DNA of 64,000 nucleotides from the human T2T-CHM13v2.0 reference genome, Homo sapiens, in NCBI RefSeq assembly GCF_009914755.1, contig NC_060930.1; one strand, 5' to 3'. The position numbers were made by a program, and so were the translations under genes. The notes beneath the pieces were generated by a model. It saw only the letters and a list, made by a program, of their open reading frames with translations. It ran no database searches and had not been told where the DNA came from. This document shows, piece after piece, positions 40,265 through 51,600 of the stretch. Positions within the stretch are counted from its first letter, which is position 1. Every line of letters starts with the position of its first letter.

Positions 40265-43200
40265 TCAAGATGGCTGACTAAATGCATCTGGTACTCACCT
40301 TTTCCAGAGAGAGGAGCTAAAATAGCAATTAGATAATCACATTTTGAATAGATCATCTGAGAGAGAATACTGGAATTCAACAGAGAAGTGATGGGAAGCA
40401 CTGAAAGCAAGGAAGGAGAGGGAAGCAAGGAAGCCAGCTTAGCTGGGATCAGCTGGGAGCCCGGAGAGGCTCCTTAATGTGAGGAAAGGGTAAGTGAGAG
40501 ACACCAAGTGGTCCACATTCCTGCCACAGAATTCTACAATGCTAGCCATAGGAGAGCCCCTGGACTCTCATGGGCCCTGAGACTCACAGAGAACTGCCTA
40601 GAGATCACATAATGGCATTGTTCTAGACAGGGAGCTCATGCTGAGTCCTACAAACCCCCAAGTCCTAAGCAGCTGCAGCACTGTGCCATTATGAAAGCCC
40701 CGCCCCTGCCAGAATGTGTTCTGCCTGGGGGCCCAAGAGCCCCTGCACCTCCATATCCCTGGAGCCCAACTGACACTCATCACCCACAGACACCACTGTT
40801 GGGCTGAGGCAGGAGCCACTGGAAGTGACCTTGCCACCCCAACAAAAAGGCAGCTATACATTTTCATGTGCCATCTGCAGGACTGAGGACCAGCTTGCCC
40901 AGTTCATCATGGACATCACCAACACCAGCACTGACCACTTGGGTTCCAGAAAGTTGTCCCACCACAGCTACTGCCATTGCCACAGCATACCTGCTACCCA
41001 GAAGCATGATAACCTGCCCATCCTCCTGACCCACCATGATATTCCCAGCACCTGGAGAGGCTAATGCTCAACCCACTGCTGCCACCACTGAGGCCCAAAG
41101 ACTGGCCCACCTAATGTCCTAGTTCCCAGCAAAACTTCACCACAACCTCCACTAATAATCACACCCTAAACCACTGAGGAAATCACAGACACCACTGACA
41201 CTGTTTACAGCTGGAAAAATTACACAGAGACTATACAACCACCCACACCTAGAGTCAAGGCCAAAGTGCCCTACCCAGCCAACACCGTAGATAAATCTTC
41301 AAGAAATGTCATCCCCTATGAAAGCAAATTCAAAAAACTGGAGCAACTGTTATATCAGATGCACAAATGATCAATGTAAGGACACAAGAAGCATGAAAAA
41401 ATAAGGAAATATGGTATCTCCAAAGGCACACCATAATTATCCAGCAACAGATTCTCATCAAAAAGAAATTTAAGAAATACCCCCCAAAAAAGAATTCAAA
41501 ATATTGATTTTAAAGAAGCTCAGTAAGACACAACAGAATACTGAAAAATAATGCAAAGAAACCAGAAAAGCAATTCAGGAAATAAATGAGAAATTTACCA
41601 AAGAGATAGATGTCATAAAAAAAGAGAACCAAACAGAAATTCTACAACTGAAGAATTCATTGAATTAAATAAAAAATACATTCTAAAGTTTCAACAACAG
41701 ACTAGATGAAGCAAAAGAATCTCAGAACTTGAAGAGAGGTATTTTGAAATAACTCAGACAAAAATAAATTAAAAGGATAAAAAAAGAATGAGCAAAGCCT
41801 ATATAACATCATAAAGTGACCAAGTATTTGAATTTAGGATCTGAGAAGGTGAAGAGAAAATGAAGGAGTTAGAAAACCTATTTAACAAAACAATAGATAA
41901 AAACTTCCCAAGTCTTGCAAAAAACTTTAGATATCCAGAAACAAGAGGCTCAAAGTTCTCCATATAGATACAATTCAAAAAGTTCTTCTGCTCAGCACAT
42001 TATAGTCAAAATATCAGAGGTGAAAGACACAGAGAAAACTCAAAAAAGCAAGAGAAAAGCATCAAGTCACTTATAAAGGTACGTCTGTCAGACTAGACTA
42101 ACAGCAGAAACCTTATAGACTAGGAAAGAATGGGCTGATATATTCAAGATGCTGAAAGGAAAAAAAACTGCCAACCAAGGATACCATACCCAGAAAAGTT
42201 ATTCTTTATAAAATGAAAGAGAAATGAAGTCTTTCCCAGACAAGCAAAAGCTGAGGGAATTTATCACCACTAGACCAGATCTATAAGAAATGCCAAGGGA
42301 GTCCTACACCCAAAAGTGAAAGAACAATATCTAATATCATTAAAACACATGAAATATAAAAACTACTAGAGCAAACATACAAAGAAGGAAAAGACTAGAA
42401 GGTTACCACTACAGAAAAACCACAAAACCACAATAATAAAAAATAAGAGAGTAAGAAAGGAACAGAGGATACACAAAACAACTAGAAATCAGTTAATAAA
42501 ATAAGAGGAATAAGCTCTCACATATCAATAATAACCCGGAATGTAAACAAATTAAAACTTTCACTTAAAAATACAGACTGGCTGAATGGGTTAAAAAACA
42601 TGACCTGACTATACACTGCTTACCATACTCATCTCACCTGTAAAGCCATATACTAACTGAAATTAAAGGATGGGAAAAGAACTTCCATGCAAACAAAAAT
42701 CAAAAGTGAGCATGAGTGGCTATGCTTATATCAGGTGAAACATACCTTAAGTATAAAACACTAAAAAGTGACAAAGAATGTCATTATGTAATAATAAAGG
42801 GATCAACTCAGCAAGAGCTGCATATATATTTAGAAATACAACAATTCTAAATACATATGCACTCAACACCAAAACACCCAGATCTATAAAGCAATTATTA
42901 TTAGATCTAAAGGGAGTGATAGACTCCAACACAGTAATAGGAACGTTAATAGCCCACTCTCAGCATTAGACAGGTCATCTAAACAGAAAATTAACAAAGA
43001 AACATTGGATTTAAATTACACATTAGACTAAATGGACCTAACAGACATTTACAGAACATTTCATCCAACAGCTACAGAATATACATTCCTCTCATCAGCA
43101 CATGAAACATTCCTTAGGACAGCCCATATGTGAGGACACAAAACAAGTCTCAACAAATTTTAAAAAATCGAAATCATATCAAGTATCTTCTCAGACCACA

Positions 43201-43930
43201 ATGAAATAAAACTGGAAACCAATAACAAGAGGAACTTTGGAAACTGCGCAAATACATGAAAATTAAACAACATACTCCTGAATGACCAATGGGTCAAGAA
43301 AGAAATTAAAGAGGAAAAAAAAATTCTGAAATAAAATGGAAACATAACATATCAAAACCTATAGGGTACAGTAAAAGCAGTGCTAAGAGGAAAGTTTATA
43401 GCAACAAACACCTACATCAAAAAGTAGAAAGATTTCAAATAAACGATCTAATAATTCACCTAAAAAAAACTAGAAGAACAAGAAAAACCACACCCAAAAT
43501 TAGTAGGAGAAAAGAAATAATAAAGATCAGAGCAACACTAAACAAAACAGAGACAAAAAAAAATACAAAGGATCAATAAAAGGAAGTTAGTTTTTTGAAA
43601 AGATTAACAAACTTGATAAACAACTTGCTAGAATAACCAAGAAAAAAAGAGAATACCCACATAAAATCAAAAATGAAAAAATAGACAAGTATAACTGATA
43701 TCAAAGAAATGCAACAGATTATCAGGGACTATTATGAACAACAATACACTCACAAACTAGAAAACCTAGAGGAAATAGATAAATTCCTTGACTCATACAA
43801 CCTACCAAGACTGAATCAAGAAGAACTAAAAAACCTGAATAGACCAACAATCAGTAATGAGATTGAATCAGTAATAAAAAGTCTCCCCCAACATAGAAAG
43901 TCCAAGACTTGGGGCTTCACTGCTGAATTC
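40265..43930 (+). mobile_element. Old L1 (L1MA/L1PB age): 5'UTR, ORF1 and ORF2 endonuclease region, 3'-truncated
   Basis: Begins TCAAGATGGCTGAC (L1 5' end with YY1 core). Degraded ORF1. ORF 43709-43954 (IIRDYYEQQYTHKLENLEEIDKFLDSYNLPRLNQEE) is L1 ORF2p. Confidence 0.9.
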
Positions 43931-44325
43931 CCATGTGACTGTCTTCTTACGTGATGTTCAGATAGAGTCTACATTCCCTCTTGAATCTAGTGGGCTTGTG
44001 ACCACAGTGAAAGACTAAGTCATAAAAGGCTGTACAGTTGCCACCTGGCCTCTTGGTTCCCTCTTGGGACCTGCCACCATGCTGTGACGAAGTCAAGCAG
44101 CCACACAGAGAGGCTATGATCCTACCACAGCACCAGGCAAGGTCCCTGCCAAGAGCCAACATCAACTGCCAGCCATAACTTCAAGGAAACAAGGCTTCAT
44201 ATTCTTCCAACCACCCACTTTGGAGTTGTCCCCACCAAATTTCAGACTTGTGAGCAAAAGAAATTTGTCATTGCGTTAAGCTACTCTGTATGGAGATGGT
44301 TTGTTACCAAGAATAGACAGCCAGA
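43930..44325 (+). mobile_element. MLT1-type LTR
   Basis: ctcttgaatctagtgggcttgtgac...ccaccatgctgtga...ttaagctactctgtatggagatggtttgttac end. Confidence 0.7.
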
Positions 44326-44589
44326 ACAATGGGCAAAGCCCCCAATACTGGACCCATTTCCTGGCATAGAATAGAACTGGCCTAAAAAGAAATGGGACTT
44401 GCTTCTCTGCCTTTCATGAATTTTCATTATTTGGGTTGATTCTTTATTAACATTAGACTTTCTCTCTGAGTCCCAGATTAGGCTGTCTATAAGATATATC
44501 CCAGCTGAAATTGTGTGTGAGTGTGTGTGAATGCACACTATATGATGGTTGAATTGTTGCCAGTATTTAGTAATTAGATTTTTATTTAA

Positions 44590-44627
44590 ACACACACACA
44601 CACACTCACAGAGAGAGAGAGAGAGAC

Positions 44628-44686
<59 letters not shown>

Positions 44687-44695
44687 AAAAGAAAG
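44590..44695. repeat. Compound microsatellite (CA)n(GA)n(GAAA)15
   Basis: Read directly; GAAA run at 44629-44688. Confidence 0.95.
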
Positions 44696-44884
44696 AGTAA
44701 AGAGAATCTAAATTTTGTCTTCTCTCAAAATAAAAGAACAAACAGAAGATCTGGCAATACTGAATTTACATTCCTTTTTAACAGTAATTCACTCACAAAA
44801 CCCCCAGTTCCCTCAGTGCCATCTCCTCTCTGTTGCATTACATCCTGCCTGTTCCATTCAAGCTCTCATCACTCTTTTTTCTCA

Positions 44885-45185
44885 TTTTTTAATTTATATA
44901 AATGTATGCGTTACAAGTGCAGATTCTTTACACACAGAGATTGCATAGTGGTGAAGTCAGGGCTTTTAGTGTATCCATAACCCAAATACCATACATTGTA
45001 ACAAATAAGTAATTTCTATTCCTCCACACCTTCCCACTCCTTCACCCTTTTGAGTCTCTATTGTCTATCATTCCACACTCCACATCCTTGTGTACACATT
45101 ATTTATCTCCCACTTATAAGTGAGAACATGCAGTATTTATCTTTCTGCATCTAGCTTGTTTCACTTAAGTTAATGGCCTCCAGTC
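44885..45185 (-). mobile_element. L1MA 3' end
   Basis: ctcccacttataagtgagaacatgcagtattt...tttcacttaagttaatggcctccagt. Confidence 0.8.
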
Positions 45186-45644
45186 ACTCTTAGATTTATT
45201 TCCTGACATCTATAGACATTTGGACTTGTGACATCTATTAAGCCAATGATTCTCTACCTGATCGATAAAAATTTACACTTACATAGTTCTCAAGGAGTTA
45301 ACACCCTTTTGAAAGAAGAGTTTAATATAATTAGGAAAATAAAAGTCAGAAAAATTTTTAAAAACTAAAGTTTTAGTTTAAAATTAAATTTAAAAGGATA
45401 AAATAAAATACATGCCAAAAAGCCACATGATGAGGTGACTAGGATAGCAACTTAGGTTATTATCATACACCCTGGTGTAATTGTCCAACTCTTAGTGGCT
45501 GCTGTGCATTTATTGATGCCCCGGGAGCCAATGTTTTTTGTGTCATTGTTCTATATAAATGTTGTTCTCGCCGGGAGCAAAATTACACAAAACATGAAGT
45601 CTACTAATAGAATCAAATATGCTACATTTAAGAATCCTATTTAT

Positions 45645-45945
45645 GGCCTGGCGTGGTGGCTCACGCCTGTAATCCCAGCACTTTAGGAGGCCGAGGCAGG
45701 TGGATCACCTGAGGTCAGGAGTTTGAGACCAGCCTGGCCAGCCTGGTGAAACCCGGTCCCTACTAAAATACAAAAATCAGCCTGGCGTGGTGACAGGCGC
45801 CTGTAATCCCAGCTACTCGGGAGGCTGAGGCACGAGAATCACTTGAACCTGAGAGGTGAGGTTGCAGTGAGCCGAGATTGCACCAGTGCAATCTAGCCTG
45901 GGCAATAAAGAGAGACTTTGTCACAAAAAAAAAAAAAAAAAAAAA
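45645..45945 (+). mobile_element. AluSx-like
   Basis: Full dimer; TSD AGAATCCTATT at 45631-45641 and 45947-45957. Confidence 0.92.
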
Positions 45946-48152
45946 GAGAATCCTATTCACTTTTTGGTATAGTTGCTGAAAATACTCTTCTCACACTAGT
46001 GTATGAAGAACCTTAAATAAATAGTTTCTAGAGAGGAGACTGAATTTCGAGCGTTGGAGAATGGAATCATTCAGCCTGAATAATAAAACTGAAATTGATA
46101 CATTTATTTCATTTATATTATTTGGTGTATTTCATCTTATTAAACAGATTTTAAGTTAACTGTCTTTCCATTTAATTGAATAGCATAATTTTAATGCATT
46201 TTATATGTCCTAAAATGAGTAGAATGTTTATGGAAATGGAAGGTAAAATATGTCAGCCAAGTAAGAAAACGATCATCCTTTACATGTAAAAATGATTTTA
46301 TTTCCTTAGGAATAAAAATGGACGGGAAGTCCTATTTATTGCTCATTAAATGTATTGAGAATGCAGCCAGTCATAATTTATCTCATAGTGATGTGTATTC
46401 ACTAATTACTTTAAGAAAATTTCTATGTTTCAAAATCAATCTAAAGAGTACTTAACTAAGTCCTATGCAATCTCTATGAAGAACCACAAACAGGGTGAAA
46501 ACACTGTAGTTTAACCAAGTTTATCTTTGTGGTGGGCCTATTATGGCATGTTGAATCAGAATTCTACTCACGGCTTTTCATTTGACATACAATTGGCTGG
46601 GCTTTCTAGAAATGCTACTCTTTGAGGGAAAATAATATGGAGTTAACATTCAAAGTATGTCCCATTTTATAATATTAGCATAGTAAGAGTTATGCTCCCT
46701 TTTGTAGAACATGCAAGGATAGTTAAGGGGCATACTATACTCCTCTCCCTAAACGGTAAAATTTCTTTTTTAAAAAACGTTAACTAGGTATTTAAATAAG
46801 GTATTGTCTACTTTATATTACAGGAGAATGAGTCATTCCCCTAGTGAGGCCTGCATTTGTGGTCAAATACTTGGTTCATAAAGTTAATGTCTGAGATGCT
46901 GCAGGAGGAGAATATTTATACATCAGTGACTTCAGCAGAATGCAATCCTCATAAAACTTTATTTTATTGGAGTTGTAAAGTTACTTATTTGGGGGAAGAA
47001 ACGATTAATTTATGAAAAAATAGATAATAGAGTGGTTTTGAACTTTTTATTGTTGTCACTTTATTTCCTTCCAGAGTTAACAGCTCAGTGCCAGAATCAG
47101 CGTTCAAGTTTGATGGCATATTTCAGTCGAAAAGAACCTGGGGATAAAATTACTAAGAAGCGCACTCTAAATCCACGGAGAACACTGATTTAAATACTAT
47201 CAAAGCCTTAATGCAATGCCAGAACAATTCGGAGTTTTCATCTGGATCAAGACTTTTAGCAAAGGGCAGTATGTTCGGATGAATTTTTATAATAACAAAG
47301 CGTGTACGTTCACCGCCATCCAAACGTTGGTCACGATCAAGCAAGGATGTCCAGGAAACCTAGCCACCTAATCATTCTGGTCATCTCACAATCTTCTTCT
47401 TCCTTTTTTTTTTTCTTTCTATTTAGTAAAGCACCCATGAACAGGCAAGGTGGTTACTTAGGCTCCTTCAAAGTAAATCAGCAGCGGTCAAATTAACTTT
47501 ATTGGTTATTAAAGTAAGCCAAAGTTTTGTCACTTCATAGGATATTTTGCCTGGGGACCTTCGATTTTGGTCTCTAAATGTGGCTTCCTGAACAGCTCTC
47601 GGAATAGGAAAGTCCCTAAGCGATTCTTAGGGGCCCTTCATTCTTCTGGAGAATGGTGTAGCTGACATCAGCCCCGCGCCTGGAGGCTCCCAAATAGCCA
47701 CGATTTGGGAAGTTCTGAGATTTCCACTCCTAGACAGCAAGTCCGCGACGTACTAAAGCGCTCTGTCCCTTCCCTCCTCTGAGAGCTGTCCCATTAGGTC
47801 CCCAAAGCCAAAGCCTAGGTCCTTCTCCCTTCCCATCAGGGATGAAGCGGGGTGTATTGCAGGTGTGTAGGCGGGGGGGCGTCTATTAAGTGGGGCGCTG
47901 GGGACAGGAAAGTGTTCAAAGAAGGAAACCTGCCTGGGGTCATCCGTGCTCGGCTTCCCTACCGCGCGCCTTCTGGGGCTCCGGGAGCGCAGGCGCTGCC
48001 CGCGGAGGCGAGAGTGAGCGTGGCCGGGGGCGCGGGGCTGCGCCAGGTGAGAGAGAGCTGCGGGCCCCGGGGACGACCCGCACCTGCGCCCTCTCTGGGG
48101 TCCGGACGGGACCGGGCTCGGCCGGGCGGGCTCCGGGAGGAGACGCGCTTAC

Positions 48153-48416
48153 CTGGAGGTAGGGCCGCCCGTGGGCCACCCCGCCCACGACGATGTCGGC
48201 GGACGCCATGGCCCCGGTGGGCGAGAAGCCGAAGCCCACGTAGCCTGCAGTGCGCACCTGGAGGCGGAAGGCGATCTGGCTGCCCCGCTGGCTCCAGCCC
48301 AGCCAGTACTTGCCCTCCGAGTCCAGGAGGGTCCGGTGCGGATAGGTTCGGCCCGAGCCCCCCGCCGCCGTCCCGGGGAGCAGCCCCCACAGCAGGAGCA
48401 GCGGCCAGCAGCACAT
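48153..48416 (-). CDS. MOXD1: MOXD1 coding exon 1 (aa 1-88: signal peptide plus N-terminal DOMON)
   Basis: ATG at 48416-48414 (context AGGATGT) gives MCCWPLLLLWGLLPGTAAGGSGRTYPH...GYVGFGFSPTGAMASADIVVGGVAHGRPYLQ. It has a hydrophobic signal peptide and the DOMON GFGFS..GxMxxAD motif. Donor CAG|GTAAGC at 48153/48152; 264 nt, phase 0; lies in a CpG island. Confidence 0.97.
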
Positions 48417-48593
48417 CCTCGGGCGCCTCCTGCCCGCCGGTACCGGCCTCCAGCCGCTGGGGAGTGAGGAGCAGAACGAGGAGCGGCAGCGGCGGCGAGC
48501 GGGAGCCCAGGGACCGCCCCTCGGGCCGGCCGCGCGCCCGCCCGGGAGGGGCAGGACCCGCTCTCCCCGCCCCGGGCCGCCTGCAGGGCGCGC

Positions 48594-48636
48594 CGCGTCC
48601 CGTCCGGTCCCGTCCCGTTCCGTCCCGTCGGGTCCC
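48594..48636. repeat. Imperfect (CCCGT)n pentamer array in the promoter
   Basis: cgtcccgtccggtcccgtcccgttccgtcccgtcgggtccc, about 7-8 units. Confidence 0.85.
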
Positions 48637-51600
48637 AGCCCCGCCAACTCTCACCCTGCCCGGCCCTTCCAGCGGATCCACCTGCAGCCCCCGACCCCTG
48701 ACTTGGTCCCCGAGGTCGGGGCTCGGTGGGAAGGAAAGCGAGGGGCTTCCCGGAAAGAAAGGGAGGAGGAGGCAGGAGGAGGCAGACGCCGAGAGAGGAG
48801 AAAAGGAGGCCAGAGGCAGAGGGAAAAGGAGGAGGGCAAGAGAATCCTAGAGCGGGAAGAGCGTGGGCTCTGCGGGACGTGGGCGAGAGGTTACCAGGGA
48901 AAGAATGGACATTGACGGCAGAGAGCAAGTTTAGCCTGGAGAGGAGGAATTGAGTGAGCAAAGGGGGTAGTCTGGGGTGCGATGCACAGAAAGGCCCGTC
49001 CAGGGTAACCTTCACGTCTCCGTATCCGTTGCTGTCGACTTTCCAGAGCCTTTGTTCCCAGTGACGTCCCTATTGCAATGGAGGGACACACTTCACTTTC
49101 CCCAGCCCCCCACCTCGAGAATTTCTCTCACCCTCCCACCCTGCGGGGCCGCAGAGCTTGCTCCTCACGGCAGGAGTTGGAGCCCTGACGCTTGCCTTCA
49201 CCTAGTTTTTGTTTGGTTTGGTTTGGCGTTGATGGGACAAAGTCAGCCAAACTACTTTGCCATCAGCAGAGAAGGTAAGGGGTGAATTGTCATTTGAGAG
49301 TTATATTTTAATTTAACATTCTCTTTTCTTGCTATTCCAAGTTCTGGCCATAACCATGTTTGTCAAAAGTTTGTTTTGTTTTGGTTTTGCCTCTACCTTT
49401 GACCACTCCTGTCTTTAGAATGCTAAATACAAATATGGCCACTAAAATTTACCTTGCTTATTTATTCCTTTATTTATGATCTGCCAAGTTTCCAAAAAAG
49501 TTCGAAATTTTGTCTTTATAAAAATACAAACAATGCAAAATAGAAAAACAAATAAGAGAGAATATCAGATGAGAAATATGGGTAAGAAGAGCAAGCTCCA
49601 CACTAGCCACCCTACACTCCTCATTCTCTCTCCTCACCTCGTATTTCAGCCTGTTTTTCCCCCTGCCTATCTTTTCCCATAACTTTTCCAAAGTTACCGT
49701 CATGCATCTAATTTATATTCTTCTAAGGATACGGGAATATTTGATCATGTCTGGAAGGTGACCTGTAGGTGGATCTGCTTACCAAAGTGCTCAGGGACTT
49801 GCCTGGGAAGGGACTTTTCCCAAGGAGAGATTGGATCAAGGTCCGCAGGGCTGGCCAATGGCAATAGGCCAGCATCAGAGAAGAGTGATGTTGGAACCGC
49901 AAAATAAAATGAGAAATAAAAGAGCCTGCAAAGCCTTACAAGAACTGGGCATGGAGACTATGAAATGTAAGTAGCTGGTGCCTCACCTCCACCAGGACCC
50001 ACTGGGCAAATGTCAAGGGCAGTAACAGCCATACAGCAATGTAAGGGTGGCAACCTTAGAATTGGGTTTTTACAAGCACCATACCAGGGACGTGGCTTCA
50101 GCCATGAAGAAAGGAAGGGGGATATGGAGAGAAAGAGGAACAAAATAGAGGGAATGGAGTCCCAGAGGAGTGGCTCATGGCACCGGGTGGGACACACTCA
50201 CTATCCTCTCACTATCCTGGGCAGGGATTTCAGGGAAGTTAAATTACTGCAGAGTGACTAAAGGCAAACTTTCTGTTTTGTGACCCTACTTTTATTCCTA
50301 GTGTGGAGGAACCTGGAACAAGCACATTGCTACATCTGCTTCCTGGGGTTCGTTATATAAACCCCAAATTCACATCTATTAGGACATTTTGTCTCCTTAA
50401 TGAAACAAAAAGAGGTCATGCCTTCCAGAATTCTTCCCCCATTAACTGTTTTAGCTTTACCTTCCATCACTCCCATCTCACTCACCCATCGGCCTGTAGA
50501 CCACATGAAAAATCCCTCTGGAATCCTCAATGGAGAGCCGTGCTATTTTGCATCACTGTGCCTATTCGCAGGGTTTGTCACTTCTGCCTTCCTTCCTTTG
50601 AAGTATTTTCTTGTCCTCCTTCTCACACTTCACTGTAAGATAGCATCCTATCTGTGGATACTATCCACGGTAGTCCCCATGGAATGTTCTGCCAGACCCC
50701 ATATGGCACCCCTGACACTTCAGTGTACTTTCTGTCTACAGGCTTGTTTTCCTCCAGTAGCCTCTTTAGGTCAGGAACCATGTCTGGTTTCTCATTGCCT
50801 AGAATGTGGACATCTTGCAATAGGTGCTTAATGAATACTTGTAGGACGAGTGAACAGATGCATGCCCAGATGCTCCTGTAAGCATCCTCGTAACAAAGTT
50901 GTTCTGTGGGGGAAACCTTGGCCCCAGATGTAATTGAGTGTTCTGCATTGGTATTGAGGCAAACATAGAAAAGACCACACATGAATACACAAAGGAGAAA
51001 GTTTTCAATTGTTTTCATTTATTATTTCATTGAGTGTAAAGTTATTGTCTTTTGTTGTGACTGGCATTGCATCCGAAACGCCTTGAACATTCAAGAAACA
51101 TTAAAACTAATATAACCATTTTGAGATCAGGTCAACAAACAGAACATTAGCATAATTCATACTCAAGAGATCCACTCTGCTTTGGCTTGAATCACCCAGT
51201 AATTTGAGACAGAATAGAAAATGTTATCTATGTGTGCTTTGTACGCTGCTTGAGTTTTCTGGATCAAAAGCAACTCTACACTTCAGTTGCATAGAGGACT
51301 CAATTTTCTGATGTTGGAAATCAATTACTGCATTGCTGCTTGTCTTAAATTTGTAACGAAGGCAGGAAGAAAGCATAGGTCTGTTGAAAACTTAGGGAAT
51401 GTAGCAGAGAGGAGAATGAAATTAGTGGTAAAGGGTTTCAAAATTAGTTTTTAAAACTACTGTTTTTGTTAAAACTGAAACTTGCTGGTTATTTAAAGAA
51501 AAAGGTCAGGAAATGCAGAAAAGTGTGAATAACAAAGTAAACTTAAAAAATCACCTGAAATTCCACCATCCAAAAATAACCCTTGTATGCATTCCAGGAA

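Larger units (their letters stand above)
47940..49040. promoter_or_regulatory. MOXD1: CpG island / TATA-less promoter of MOXD1
   Basis: Abrupt switch to very high GC and CpG density spanning exon 1. GC box CCCCGCCCC at 48565-48573. No minus-strand ATG between 48417 and about 48900. Confidence 0.9.

Noticed and set aside
48417-48647. 77-codon N-terminal extension of MOXD1 from a TTG
   Set aside because: It starts beyond the GC box and pentamer array, probably upstream of the TSS, and would bury the signal peptide. An open frame is expected at this GC content.
47852-49015. Long overlapping ORFs (332, 240 and 288 aa) on both strands
   Set aside because: Stop-poor CpG island, mostly non-ATG starts and low-complexity Arg/Gly/Pro/Ala translations. 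Only the frame from 48416 has a recognisable domain and splice donor.
50303-51018. Cluster of overlapping 70-143 aa ORFs upstream of the promoter
   Set aside because: No domain similarity or coding bias visible; consistent with chance ORFs or old repeat.
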